A DNA stretch of 64,000 bases from contig CBDCDA010000001.1 in the NCBI GenBank assembly GCA_965215335.1, positions 832,001 to 896,000 of the forward strand, read 5' to 3'. The position numbers and the translations under genes were made by a program. Under the pieces are notes generated by a model, which saw only the letters and a program-made list of their open reading frames with translations, did not search any database and was not told the origin of the DNA. This document shows, one piece after another, positions 45,498 through 55,003 of this stretch (position 1 is its first letter; each line of letters starts with the position of its first letter). Source of the DNA: an uncultured Candidatus Entotheonella sp. (GTDB lineage Bacteria > Tectomicrobia > Entotheonellia > Entotheonellales > Entotheonellaceae).

Positions 45498-45925
45498 ATG
45501 ACCGCAGCGCTGCGGGGCATCCGGGTGCTGGACCTTACCGGCATCGCCACCTACTTCTGGGTGCTCACCAACCGCAAGCCGACGCACCGCCGCGGCAAGG
45601 TGCAACTCGTCGACGCCACCCAGTGGTACCAATTCCTGGACGGCAACGGACGAATCGGACGCCTGCTCATCACGCTCATGCTCTGCCACACAGGCATGCT
45701 GCGCCAGCCGTTCCTGTACCTCAAGCAGCACCGAAGCGATTACTGTGACCTGTCGAATGACGTGCGCCGCGCGGGTGACTGGGAGGCATGGCTCGCCTTC
45801 TACCTTCCCGACCGCCGCGGCGATGCAGTTGCTGATTACCCAAGGGATCGCGCGCGAACTGACCGGCAAGCCCCGCAACCGGCTGTTTGTCCATGATCGG
45901 TACCTTTCCATTCTCAACGAGAGAC
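45498..45925 (+). pseudogene. Chimeric remnant: CoA-transferase-like N-terminus + HsdM fragment + Fic fragments
   Basis: LRGIRVLDLT / TGIATYFWVLTNRK...GKVQLVDAT / FLDGNGRIGRLL / ELTGKPRNRLF. Confidence 0.65.
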
Positions 45926-45973
45926 TGAGGCGCCAGGATAGGCGGCCCATTGAACGGATTGGAGGGCTTCTGA

Positions 45974-46456
45974 ATGAATCTGGGCGAAAAATTCAAGAAT
46001 TTCCAGTTAGGCAAAATCAAGCTTGGTCCACGCTGGTTCAGCCTGGAAATTGACTTCCAACCGGACGACCAGGAAGCCGCGTGGGAGTTGTACGTCGAGA
46101 TGCTGACGCGCATCGTCACCCAACCGCTGCCGGCTGATGCAGGCGACGAGAAGACGGCTCTGGACAGCGTCTATTCCCTCTTCCCGACCACCCGGGAAAT
46201 TCTTCGGCGGCATGGTCGGGAAACGATTCAATTCAGCAAGGTTGCGATTCCCGTCCTGAATCAGGTCGTCCGGCCGTTCACCGCGAAGTGGCACCAGGAG
46301 GCGTTGTCCGGCGCGTTTGATGACGCGGCCAGGCGAAGCGAATTTCGCGCCGAACTGAGCGCCTTGCAGGAGGATCTGCGCAACTACAACCGCTTTTTGG
46401 CGGAAATTGCCGGTGTGGAAGATCTCACAGACTTGGAAGAGCCCACGGGAGTGTAA
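45974..46456 (+). CDS. Uncharacterised 160-aa helical protein upstream of a TIR remnant
   Basis: Intact ORF with GGAGG RBS; AAWELYVEMLTRI...ALDSVYSLF...LNQVVRPFTAKWH; no recognised domain. Confidence 0.75.
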   Translation: MNLGEKFKNFQLGKIKLGPRWFSLEIDFQPDDQEAAWELYVEMLTRIVTQPLPADAGDEKTALDSVYSLFPTTREILRRHGRETIQFSKVAIPVLNQVVRPFTAKWHQEALSGAFDDAARRSEFRAELSALQEDLRNYNRFLAEIAGVEDLTDLEEPTGV

Positions 46457-46458
46457 CC

Positions 46459-46735
46459 ATGTATCAAACTCCAAGACACAGGGTGTTCATCAGCTTCCCA
46501 TGATGGGGCACGACATTGTAGACGAATCAGTCGGTGACGGGGACATTGATGATGACAATCTCGCCACCGAAACCATACGCCAGCGGATCCGCGACAATTT
46601 CATCCGGGACGCCACTGTTACCGTTGTTTTGATAGGTCCCTGCACGTGGCAGCGCAAGCACGTGGATTGAGAGATTGGCTCCAGCCTGCGGCACACCGGC
46701 AGGAATTCCCGATGCGGTCTGTTGGGCATCCTGTG
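46459..46735 (+). pseudogene. TIR-domain (DUF1863/ThsB-like) gene: deletion, nonsense codon, truncated
   Basis: HRVFISF, IRQRIRDNFIRDATVTVVLIG and KHVD-TGA-EIGSSL (W lost), RCGLLGIL. Confidence 0.8.
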
Positions 46736-47731
46736 CAACTTGTTGCGGGTTCCAAGCGCCTGCGCGCCGCGCGGCAGGCCGGACAGGCAACCGTGCCGGC
46801 CTTGATTCACGAGGCCGACGAACTCTCCGAGCACCGGGCGTTTCTGCTCGCGGTGCACGACAATCTGGCCTGTCGCCCCTTCAATACCGTGGAAAAGGCC
46901 CGCATCCTCCGGCGTTTGCAGCACGATTTTCGGTACCCGGACGCCGTGCTGACCAAACAATTCTGCCCGCTGTTGGACCTGCCGACGCGCGCCGATACGC
47001 TGCGAGCCTATTGCACCCTGGCAATCCTGGACGACACCCTGCAAGCGGCAACGGTCGAAAGCGCCCTGCCCGTTGACGTCGCCCCGTGGGTCGGCGGCCT
47101 GGACACCGCCGACCGGCAAGCCGTGCTGCCTCTCTTCACCGGTCTGCAACTCGGCAGCAATCGTGCCCAGGCGTGCGCCGCCTATATTGACGAGATCCGT
47201 CAACGCGACGCCTGCACCGCCGCCGCGCTGCTTGAGCGGCTCAGCCTACCCGCCCTGCTCACCGACCCGAGGCGCTCCGGCCCGCAGAAACGCGAAGCCG
47301 TACAGTGCGCCCTGCGCCAGGCGCGCTACCCCCAACTCACCATTCACGAACAGCATTACCGGGAAGCCGCCCGCCGCTTGCGGCTGCCGTCCGTCATCTC
47401 GCTGCGCCCACCGCCCTACTTTGAAAGCCGCCAGTATCAAGTCTCGTTCAGCTTCAGCCAGCGCCAGGAACTGCGCCACGCCGCCCAGCGCCTCCTCGAC
47501 GCGGGCGATTCGGATGCCATGGACGATTTGCTTGATCTGCAGGTCGTTACGGGCGAGAACCGCGCCGCGTTGAATTCAAGGCCCGGTTACAGTAGAGTAC
47601 TCGCCGCTACAAACCAGTCCGACACTTCCAAGCCTGCCAGCAAGCGGGCGAGGGGCACCAATCGGTATGAGCATCGAATACCGCACGAAGGACGGCGCCG
47701 TTCTGTGGATCCGCAATCCCTTTACCGGTAA
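46733..47731 (+). pseudogene. ParB/Spo0J-like protein, probably 5'-truncated
   Basis: QLVAGSKRLRAARQAG..VPA and DNLACRPFNTVEKA; N-terminus replaced by TIR remnant; 3' end overlaps the next gene. Confidence 0.55.
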
Positions 47732-48737
47732 TGTTACCTACTTCAACAACATCCACCGCAAGCCCCACGCCTACCGCCACCTGACGAACCCCCAGCAAGC
47801 GGCCCCGACCGCCTCGTTCCCGCCATCGACCTATGACCTGTGCGCCGACATGCGGCGTGTGCAGGACGCCTGCGTGTTCTGCCCGGGCAACGAAGCCATG
47901 ACGATGGAAGAGGTCATGCGCGTCACTTACGGCGACATGCACCCCGGCGTCGCTCCGCCCGACGGCAGCCGAGCCGAGGATTGGGCCATCCGCGTGGTGC
48001 GCAACATCGTGCCGCGCATCCCGGAGGCGTGCACCGGCGGCAGAAACGAGTCGTACGTCATCATGGAAGATGCCCGCCATTTTCTCCCCGGCGCCACCGA
48101 CCTGACCGATCTCATGTGGTCCGGCGCGCTGTCTGCGGCGCAGTACGGCCACGTGCTGCGAACGACTGCCGACGTGGTGCGGCACGCCATGGACAACCCG
48201 GCCGTCAAGTCGGTGCTCATCCGCAAGCATCAGGGACAGGAATCCGGCGCCTCGCAGCCGCACATTCATATTCAGGCCATCGGCGCGGACCGCGTTTTCC
48301 CGGACGTGGAGCAGGAGATGGCGGTCACGGCGCGCCATCCGGATGTCTGGCAGGAAAGCGTGGACCTGATGCGATGCTTCGGCTTTCATCTGCATGAGGG
48401 CGACGGCATCGTCGCGCACTGGTCGCCGTTCGGCAAATTCGGTCGGCACTTCGAGGTCATTGCGCTAGACGACCGGCAACCGCTACACGAGATTCCCGAT
48501 CACCGCTTGCGGCTTTTCGCCCGGCACCTGCACCGCCTCCTGCGCGCCCTGCGTACCGCGCCGCACGACCTGGAACTGCACCACGGCGACGGCATCCCCC
48601 TGCACGTGCACGTCAATGGGCGCCGCTACGTCTACGCCAACTTTGCCGGTACCCTGAACGCCCCCGCCGACCTCGCCGCGAATTACATGCCGCCAACACG
48701 CCACGCCATGCACGAGATGGCCCGGCAGGCGACATGA
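47667..48737 (+). CDS. GalT-like HIT-superfamily nucleotidyltransferase
   Basis: CVFCPGNE..T, W.IRVVRN..P and GASQPHIHIQ (HxHxQ). Confidence 0.75.
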   Translation: MSIEYRTKDGAVLWIRNPFTGNVTYFNNIHRKPHAYRHLTNPQQAAPTASFPPSTYDLCADMRRVQDACVFCPGNEAMTMEEVMRVTYGDMHPGVAPPDGSRAEDWAIRVVRNIVPRIPEACTGGRNESYVIMEDARHFLPGATDLTDLMWSGALSAAQYGHVLRTTADVVRHAMDNPAVKSVLIRKHQGQESGASQPHIHIQAIGADRVFPDVEQEMAVTARHPDVWQESVDLMRCFGFHLHEGDGIVAHWSPFGKFGRHFEVIALDDRQPLHEIPDHRLRLFARHLHRLLRALRTAPHDLELHHGDGIPLHVHVNGRRYVYANFAGTLNAPADLAANYMPPTRHAMHEMARQAT

Positions 48738-48847
48738 AACGAGCACTTTCATGCCATCATTCAGGTCGTCATATCGGCCGTACCCGCTGCGGTCCTTCGG
48801 GACAGCAGTTCAGGAACGCCTTCTCCACGACGTATGAGAAGCCGCGA

Positions 48848-50077
48848 TCACCGACGCCCACCCGCCCGCCGCGTTGCCACCCAGAAACAGCCGATCACCC
48901 CGCACAACGACACGCAAGCCAGCGCGAACGCGAGCGTGTAGGACCCCAGGCGGTCGTACATGGCACCGCCGTACCAGGGACCGAGGGCGCCGCCCAGGCC
49001 GTGCCCGATGCTGATGAACCCGAAAATCGTGGCGAACGAGCGACCCGGAAAACGATCCGCCGCGATGGCCGAGATGATGGGGCCACGGGCACCGTAGCCC
49101 AGACCGAAACACACCGCATACAGGTACAGCGGCCACGTGACGCTGGCGCCATCGAGCATGAGAAGCGCCAGGATGCCGAGCTGTGAAAAGACCACGCTCA
49201 ACGCCACGCCGCCGAAGCGTCCCAGTCGGTCGGAAAGCGCCCCGAAGAGCAGCCGGCCGCACGAGCTCATCACGCCCATGTATCCCAGGACGCCCGCCGC
49301 CAGGACGCGGCTGAAACCCAGGTCCGTCAGGTAGGCCACCTGATGCACGGACACCGGAAAGACGCCCAGCGGGATGAGCACTTGCGCCAGCCCCAGGGCC
49401 CAGAACTGCCGCGTGCGCAGGGCCTGCCGGACGGTCCAGGCCGCCTCCCCGTGTGGCGCGGTCTCGGGCTTGTCGGCTGACCCGTCAGCGCCGTAGGGCT
49501 GCAAACCAACGTCCTCGGGCTGGTTGCGCAAGGTCAGCAGTACCGTGAGGGCGTACAACGCGGCGATGCTGCCCAGGGCCACGAACGCATACCGCCAGCC
49601 CAGACGCGACGTGAGCGCCTGCGAAAGCGGTCCCATGACCTTGACGCCCAGCCCCATGCCGGCAAACGCAAAGCCGATCATCGTGCCGCGGCGCCTGACG
49701 AACCAGCGCGACAGCAGCGCCGCGTGCGACACCTGCCCCGCCAGTCCGACTCCGAGGCCGACGATGACGCCGAACAGCACGATCAGATGCCACAACGCCT
49801 GCACCACGCTGCACGCCGCCAAGCCCACCGCAATGGCGCCCAGGCCACCGACCACCACGGCGCGCGGCCCCCAGCGGTCCGTCAGCATACCGACGAGCGG
49901 CGACACCGCGGCCTGCACGACATTGCCCACCGAGAAAGCCATCGCCGCGCCGCCGCGGCTCCAGTCGAACGCCTCCAGCAGGGCAATGAAGAATACGGCG
50001 TACGAAAACCACACGCCGAACACCAGGGCAGTCGTCACGAACGACTGCCCCATGATGAACCAGGCATAGGCCGTCAT
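48848..50077 (-). CDS. MFS transporter
   Basis: ~12 hydrophobic segments; GMLTDRWGPR and GALSDRLGR. Confidence 0.92.
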   Translation of the reverse strand: MTAYAWFIMGQSFVTTALVFGVWFSYAVFFIALLEAFDWSRGGAAMAFSVGNVVQAAVSPLVGMLTDRWGPRAVVVGGLGAIAVGLAACSVVQALWHLIVLFGVIVGLGVGLAGQVSHAALLSRWFVRRRGTMIGFAFAGMGLGVKVMGPLSQALTSRLGWRYAFVALGSIAALYALTVLLTLRNQPEDVGLQPYGADGSADKPETAPHGEAAWTVRQALRTRQFWALGLAQVLIPLGVFPVSVHQVAYLTDLGFSRVLAAGVLGYMGVMSSCGRLLFGALSDRLGRFGGVALSVVFSQLGILALLMLDGASVTWPLYLYAVCFGLGYGARGPIISAIAADRFPGRSFATIFGFISIGHGLGGALGPWYGGAMYDRLGSYTLAFALACVSLCGVIGCFWVATRRAGGRR

Positions 50078-50228
50078 CGGGTCCTCGTCAAGGCTTGCCA
50101 GCCAAGGGGTGTTGACACACGGGCAGCCTGTCCGACTACAATAGCCGCGATCAACAATGGAAAGCGATGTCAGAGCCTGCGAGCCGCAGGCTGATTACGG
50201 ACCAACGAGGCCATCCCCAGGGAGATGC

Positions 50229-51563
50229 ATGAGCCAGCGATCGTTCCTCACCAACTTTGCCCGCGAAAACCTCGAAACGCTGAACCTCCGCCGCTTCTTC
50301 GGCGACTACCGCGCCTTTTCGTTCGACCCCGAACGTTTCCACCTCGGCATTGGCGAAATTGCGCAGATCACCGACGACATGACCTGGCAGGGCATCATAC
50401 ACGGATTTTACGGCGACCCGCGGCTGGTATCGCGCGCTACCATGTACGCCGGGACGCGAGGCGAGTGCGCCGCCAACCAGGCCGTGGCCGAGCACGTCGG
50501 CGGGCTGCTCGGGCGGCCCGAGCTGAATGAGCGGCACGTGGTGCCGTACGACGGCGGCCACAACGCCATCAGCGGCATCGTGCGGGCCTGCGTGGCGCCG
50601 CTGGGATCGCCTAGGGACGAACGCCAGTACGTGCTCGTGCCGACGCCCTGCTACCCGTATTTCCCCACCGTCGTCACGGCGCACGCCGGCGTCATCGCGT
50701 ATACGGCTTACTCGGCGGAAGAGATGGTGACGGGCATCGAGACGCTGGTGAACCCGCAGGTGGGGGTCATTCTGATCAACGCGCCGCACAATCCCACCGG
50801 CTACGTCCTGAGCGCCGAGCAGGTGGCGCGCATCAACCGCGCGGTGGCGTCGTACGACTGCGTTCTGGCCGTTGACATGGTGTACGCCCTGCACGCCCTT
50901 GAGCCGCAGGCCATCCGGGCCCTCGGTGGTCTCGACCCCGACCGCACCATCTACATCGACAGCTTCTCCAAGAAATTCGGTCTGCCGGGCTACCGGCTGG
51001 GCTTTGCACTGTGCGCGAATACCGATCTGATCGAGGCGCTGCGCATGCTCAAGGCCGCCGAATCGATCTCCACCAGCAACGTCAAGCTGCTCTTTGCGGC
51101 GCATCTGCTGGAGCATCACGTGGCGCTGGCCGAGACCACGGCGTCGGAGATCCGGCGGCGCCACGAGGTGTTTCGCGCCGCCCTGGAGGGCATCGAGGAG
51201 TACGGTATCGAGGTGCCGCCGCTGAGCCGCAGCGCGAATGCCTTCTACCTGCCGCTGTACGTAGAACGGCTGCTGGACCGCACCCGGCTGAGCTCGGACG
51301 AGTTTGTGGCGCGCTGCTACGATGACCATCGCGTCGTCCTGGTGGCGGGCACCCGCATGTACCCGCCGACCGACCTGCCGCCCGGCGAACTGACGATAGA
51401 CAACGCCACGCCGCGCGTCAGCATGCCCGGACCGGTCGTCTACGCTCCCGGATTCGCCGCCGCCAAGCGCCCCTTCGTGCGCGTCTCGTTCGGCGTCGAG
51501 CACCGGGTCAGCGAGGCGGCCGAGCGGTTCATGCAGGCCGGGGCCGAGACGTTCGCTCGATAG
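50229..51563 (+). CDS. Class I/II PLP-dependent aminotransferase
   Basis: NAPHNPTG, DMVY and SFSKKFGLPGYRLG. Confidence 0.85.
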   Translation: MSQRSFLTNFARENLETLNLRRFFGDYRAFSFDPERFHLGIGEIAQITDDMTWQGIIHGFYGDPRLVSRATMYAGTRGECAANQAVAEHVGGLLGRPELNERHVVPYDGGHNAISGIVRACVAPLGSPRDERQYVLVPTPCYPYFPTVVTAHAGVIAYTAYSAEEMVTGIETLVNPQVGVILINAPHNPTGYVLSAEQVARINRAVASYDCVLAVDMVYALHALEPQAIRALGGLDPDRTIYIDSFSKKFGLPGYRLGFALCANTDLIEALRMLKAAESISTSNVKLLFAAHLLEHHVALAETTASEIRRRHEVFRAALEGIEEYGIEVPPLSRSANAFYLPLYVERLLDRTRLSSDEFVARCYDDHRVVLVAGTRMYPPTDLPPGELTIDNATPRVSMPGPVVYAPGFAAAKRPFVRVSFGVEHRVSEAAERFMQAGAETFAR

Positions 51564-51574
51564 GCCCGCCCGCC

Positions 51575-52411
51575 ATGCCTTATCGCTTACTCGCCCTGGA
51601 TGTCGATGGCACCCTGCTCGATCCGGACGGTGAATTACGTGACGCCGTACAGCAGGCGGTCATCGCCGCCCAGCAGACCGGCCTGCGGGTCATTCTGTGC
51701 ACCGGACGGCGCTTCCGCTCGGCGCGCCCATGGGCGCAGGAACTGCAACTCGACGGCCCCATCGTGGTACACAACGGCGCGCTCGTGAAGGACGTCGCCT
51801 CTACCGAAACGCTGCACTGCCACCCTCTGCCGGAAACGCTCTGCCAGCGCGGCATGGCGGTTCTGCGGCAACTGGCGCCGCCGTTGATCTACATCGACGC
51901 CTTCCACGAAGAGGTCGATATCCTCACCGAGCCGCTGGAGCACCTGCACCCCTTCCAGCGCGAGTACCTGCAGCACAACCTCCCATACTGCCGCTTCGTG
52001 GATGACCTGGGCGCCGCCTGCCTGAGCGGGGTGGTCATGCTCAGCATCATGGCCGAAGCCGACCGTCTGCAAGCCCTGCGCCCGGCGGTCGAGGACGCCC
52101 TCGCCGGCCAGGGGCATACCAAGATGATCCTGAACAAGAACTACCGAGGGCACATCCTGGAAGTCCTGCCGGCAACGGTCTCCAAATGGCAGGCGCTGGA
52201 ACGCCTGATGGCGGCCGAGGGATTGGCCGCGGAGGACGTGATGGCCATCGGCGACGACTACAACGACCTGGAAATGATTCGCGGCGCCGGCCTTGGTATC
52301 GCCATGGGCAACGCCGTCGACGCCGTCCGCGATGCCGCCGGGTACGTCACCGGCAGCAACGCCGACAACGGCCTCGTGCAAGCCCTCGAACGCTTTGTCC
52401 TGCGGGGCTGA
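51575..52411 (+). CDS. Cof-type HAD-IIB hydrolase
   Basis: DVDGTLL, CTGR, HNGA, SK and IGDDYNDLEM. Confidence 0.92.
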   Translation: MPYRLLALDVDGTLLDPDGELRDAVQQAVIAAQQTGLRVILCTGRRFRSARPWAQELQLDGPIVVHNGALVKDVASTETLHCHPLPETLCQRGMAVLRQLAPPLIYIDAFHEEVDILTEPLEHLHPFQREYLQHNLPYCRFVDDLGAACLSGVVMLSIMAEADRLQALRPAVEDALAGQGHTKMILNKNYRGHILEVLPATVSKWQALERLMAAEGLAAEDVMAIGDDYNDLEMIRGAGLGIAMGNAVDAVRDAAGYVTGSNADNGLVQALERFVLRG

Positions 52412-52420
52412 GACCCCGCC

Positions 52421-52798
52421 ATGATCTATGGCATCGGCGTCGACCTGGTCGAAACCGACCGCATGGAACGCGCCATCACCCGTAGCGGTCCGCGCCTCGT
52501 CGAACGCCTCTACACCGCTGACGAACGGGCCTACTGCAGCGCCAAGCGCTTCCCCTACCCCTGCTTCGCCGCCCGCTTCGCCTGCAAGGAAGCCTTCCTC
52601 AAAGCCCTCGGCACCGGCCTCCGCAAGCACATGCGCTGGCGCGACATCGAGGTCCGCCGCCACCCCCTCGGCAAACCCTTCTTGCACCTGCATGGCTACC
52701 TGCGGGAACGCTGCGATGCCGCCGGCATCCGGCGCATCCACCTCTCGCTGTCCCACAGCGCCAGCCACGCCATAGCCCAGGTGGTTCTGGAGTGCTGA
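52421..52798 (+). CDS. acpS: Holo-ACP synthase
   Basis: GIGVDLV, AARFACKEAFLKALGTG and LSLSH. Confidence 0.95.
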   Translation: MIYGIGVDLVETDRMERAITRSGPRLVERLYTADERAYCSAKRFPYPCFAARFACKEAFLKALGTGLRKHMRWRDIEVRRHPLGKPFLHLHGYLRERCDAAGIRRIHLSLSHSASHAIAQVVLEC

Positions 52799-52843
52799 GC
52801 GGCCTTCCTGTCGGATGGCGCTGCGCGAATCTGACCTGCGCGA

Positions 52844-53611
52844 CTACTGCTCCTCGTAGTGCCACGTCAGGCCACCGTCCACGTAATACGTCGACCCCGT
52901 AACGTACGCGGCATCGTCGGAAGCCAGGAAAACGGCAACGCCGGCCACGTCCTGCGGCTGGCCGAGACGATTAAGGGGTATTTGCGTCAGCAGGGCGTCG
53001 AGCTTGGCGGGATCGTTCAGCAGTTTCGTGTTGATGGGGGTTTCGATGGCGCCGGGGGCGATGGCGTTGACGGTGATCCCGAACTGGCCGAGCTCGACCG
53101 CCAGGTTGCGGGTCAGCATTTTCACCCCGCCCTTGCTGGCGCAGTAGGCGGCGAAATTGGGAAAGGGCAACTCCTCGTGGACGGAGCTGATGTTGATGAT
53201 GCGGGCCGGTCGATCGGTCTGCCGGGCGTGGTTCACCATCGCCTGGGTGGCGAAGAAAACGCCCTTGAGATTGACATTCAGAACGCGGTCGTAATCCGCC
53301 TCGGTGACTTCCCAGAACGGTGCGTGGGCCTCGACCCCCGCGTTGTTCACCAGAATGTCGAGCTTGCTGAAATGATCGACGGCGGCGGCGATGAGGTGCC
53401 GCACCCCGGCGGTGGTCGACACGTCGGCCTGCACGATCAGGCCCCGCCGCCCGGCTGCCTCCACCCCAGCGAGGACTTCGTGCGCGCCGCCCGGGCTGCG
53501 GTTATAGTTGATGACCACGTCCGCCCCTTCGCGGGCAAAACGCTCCACGATGCCCCGCCCGATGCCTTGGCTGCCGCCCGTCACCACGGCTACTTTCCCC
53601 GACAATCGCAT
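52844..53611 (-). CDS. SDR-family oxidoreductase (glucose 1-dehydrogenase-like)
   Basis: TGGSQGIG, NNAG, SSVHE, YCASK and PGAIETPIN. Confidence 0.92.
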   Translation of the reverse strand: MRLSGKVAVVTGGSQGIGRGIVERFAREGADVVINYNRSPGGAHEVLAGVEAAGRRGLIVQADVSTTAGVRHLIAAAVDHFSKLDILVNNAGVEAHAPFWEVTEADYDRVLNVNLKGVFFATQAMVNHARQTDRPARIINISSVHEELPFPNFAAYCASKGGVKMLTRNLAVELGQFGITVNAIAPGAIETPINTKLLNDPAKLDALLTQIPLNRLGQPQDVAGVAVFLASDDAAYVTGSTYYVDGGLTWHYEEQ

Positions 53612-53661
53612 GACCGTTCCTCCTGTTGACGTTGCCCCTGGGTGTGCTGGTTGACGCGCCC

Positions 53662-54900
53662 CAGGGTAAGCGCATATGGCATTATCCAGTTAAGACCCGC
53701 AGCAGATAGCTGTGATCCCACCCGGCCCGTTTTCGTCTGGCCTTCACGCCACGCTTATGACTTGATTCGCGTCGTATCAGGTTCAGGGCGATATGACGCA
53801 GCACCGACATCGTTTGCGCACCCGCGTCTTGACGAATCCGACAGTCGTCTTCCCGAAAGCTCACGTCAAGCACCCAATGGAGCGAATTCTCAATGCCCCA
53901 ATGCTGCCGCACGGTTTGCGCAAAACGTTCCGCATCACATCCAAGCGAGGTCAGAAAATAACGCCGCTCACAAGACACCACGTCGCCACGTTCCACCTGT
54001 GCCTCAACCATGCCAATGCTGGCAATGCCTGCCCACGAGCCCCTCACCCCCAAACACTCAATATCGCTCGTCAGCCAATAGCGGCGCGTCTCAATACGAC
54101 CATGATCGGCATCGACGCTCTGATAATGATCGACCGTCACATCCGTCAGCCCGGTTGTCGTGACCGCGTCGAAAAGGAGCTTGACCTCATTGTGGAGCGT
54201 CGCATGGTTGTCTTTGAGAGCCAAGACATAATCCGCCCCTTGTTCGACGATGCTGCGGGCGACCTCCTTTTGGCATCCCATAGCGTCGATTGTCACCGTC
54301 GCCCCGTCCAATGCCAAAAGCCCAAGCAAGTGGGGAATGGCAGTGATTTCATTGGACTTGTCATCGACCTTGAGTTGACCCAAAACGAGCCGATTGGCAC
54401 TGGCCCAAGCGCTGATCATGTGGATGGCACCCTTGGCCGCAGCGCGGTCAAAGGAGCGCCGCAAGGTCTTGCCATCCATGGCGACAATCTCTCCAGCGAG
54501 CGACCCGCGCAGGCTGTCCGTCCAGTTGATAAAGCACTGGGTGAGTTCTTCCGGCTGAAGCCGAGAGAGCACGCGACGAAAGGTGTCGGGTGAGGGAATG
54601 CCATGGGGCAGGTCGAGAAACTCTTGGAGCCAATCGGCCTGAGCCTGACCATACTCCTCCATATCTTCCCAGCCCTCGGCGCCGCTGATAACGGCACATA
54701 GGGCAATCACGAAGATGTCAAACAAGGAGTGTCGGATGTTGGGGCCGCGCGGATCACTGACCGAGGCAAAGTGATCCAGGAGTCGGGACGATGCGAGTTT
54801 TTCCATGCCCAGTTCTTCTCCAGGTTGAGTGTCCTGACACGCGATGACTCTGCATAACCTGAATCAGAACGCTGGGCAATCCTCATATGCGCTTACCCTG
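53662..54900 (-). mobile_element. Complete ISAs1-family IS (1239 bp), copy B
   Basis: Perfect 17-bp TIR CAGGGTAAGCGCATATG; 10-bp TSD TGACGCGCCC at 53652-53661 and 54901-54910. Confidence 0.97.
53682..54806 (-). CDS. ISAs1-family transposase, intact (374 aa)
   Basis: DPR, GIPSPDTF, MDGKTLR and HWGIEN motifs. Confidence 0.96.
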   Translation of the reverse strand: MEKLASSRLLDHFASVSDPRGPNIRHSLFDIFVIALCAVISGAEGWEDMEEYGQAQADWLQEFLDLPHGIPSPDTFRRVLSRLQPEELTQCFINWTDSLRGSLAGEIVAMDGKTLRRSFDRAAAKGAIHMISAWASANRLVLGQLKVDDKSNEITAIPHLLGLLALDGATVTIDAMGCQKEVARSIVEQGADYVLALKDNHATLHNEVKLLFDAVTTTGLTDVTVDHYQSVDADHGRIETRRYWLTSDIECLGVRGSWAGIASIGMVEAQVERGDVVSCERRYFLTSLGCDAERFAQTVRQHWGIENSLHWVLDVSFREDDCRIRQDAGAQTMSVLRHIALNLIRRESSHKRGVKARRKRAGWDHSYLLRVLTG

Positions 54901-55003
54901 TGACGCGCCCCACCTTACTTGACTTTCCGCACACCCTTCAAGAGAATTACCAGGTTTGCCGGAAGCGTCGCAGCGATTCGCAAGGCTTGGAGGAGGGGCA
55001 GAC

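Noticed and set aside
46668..46670. In-frame TGA in the TIR gene as Sec or TGA=Trp recoding
   Set aside because: The position is a conserved Trp, not Cys; the gene has other lesions; many genes here end in TGA and Trp is TGG elsewhere. Best read as a nonsense mutation.
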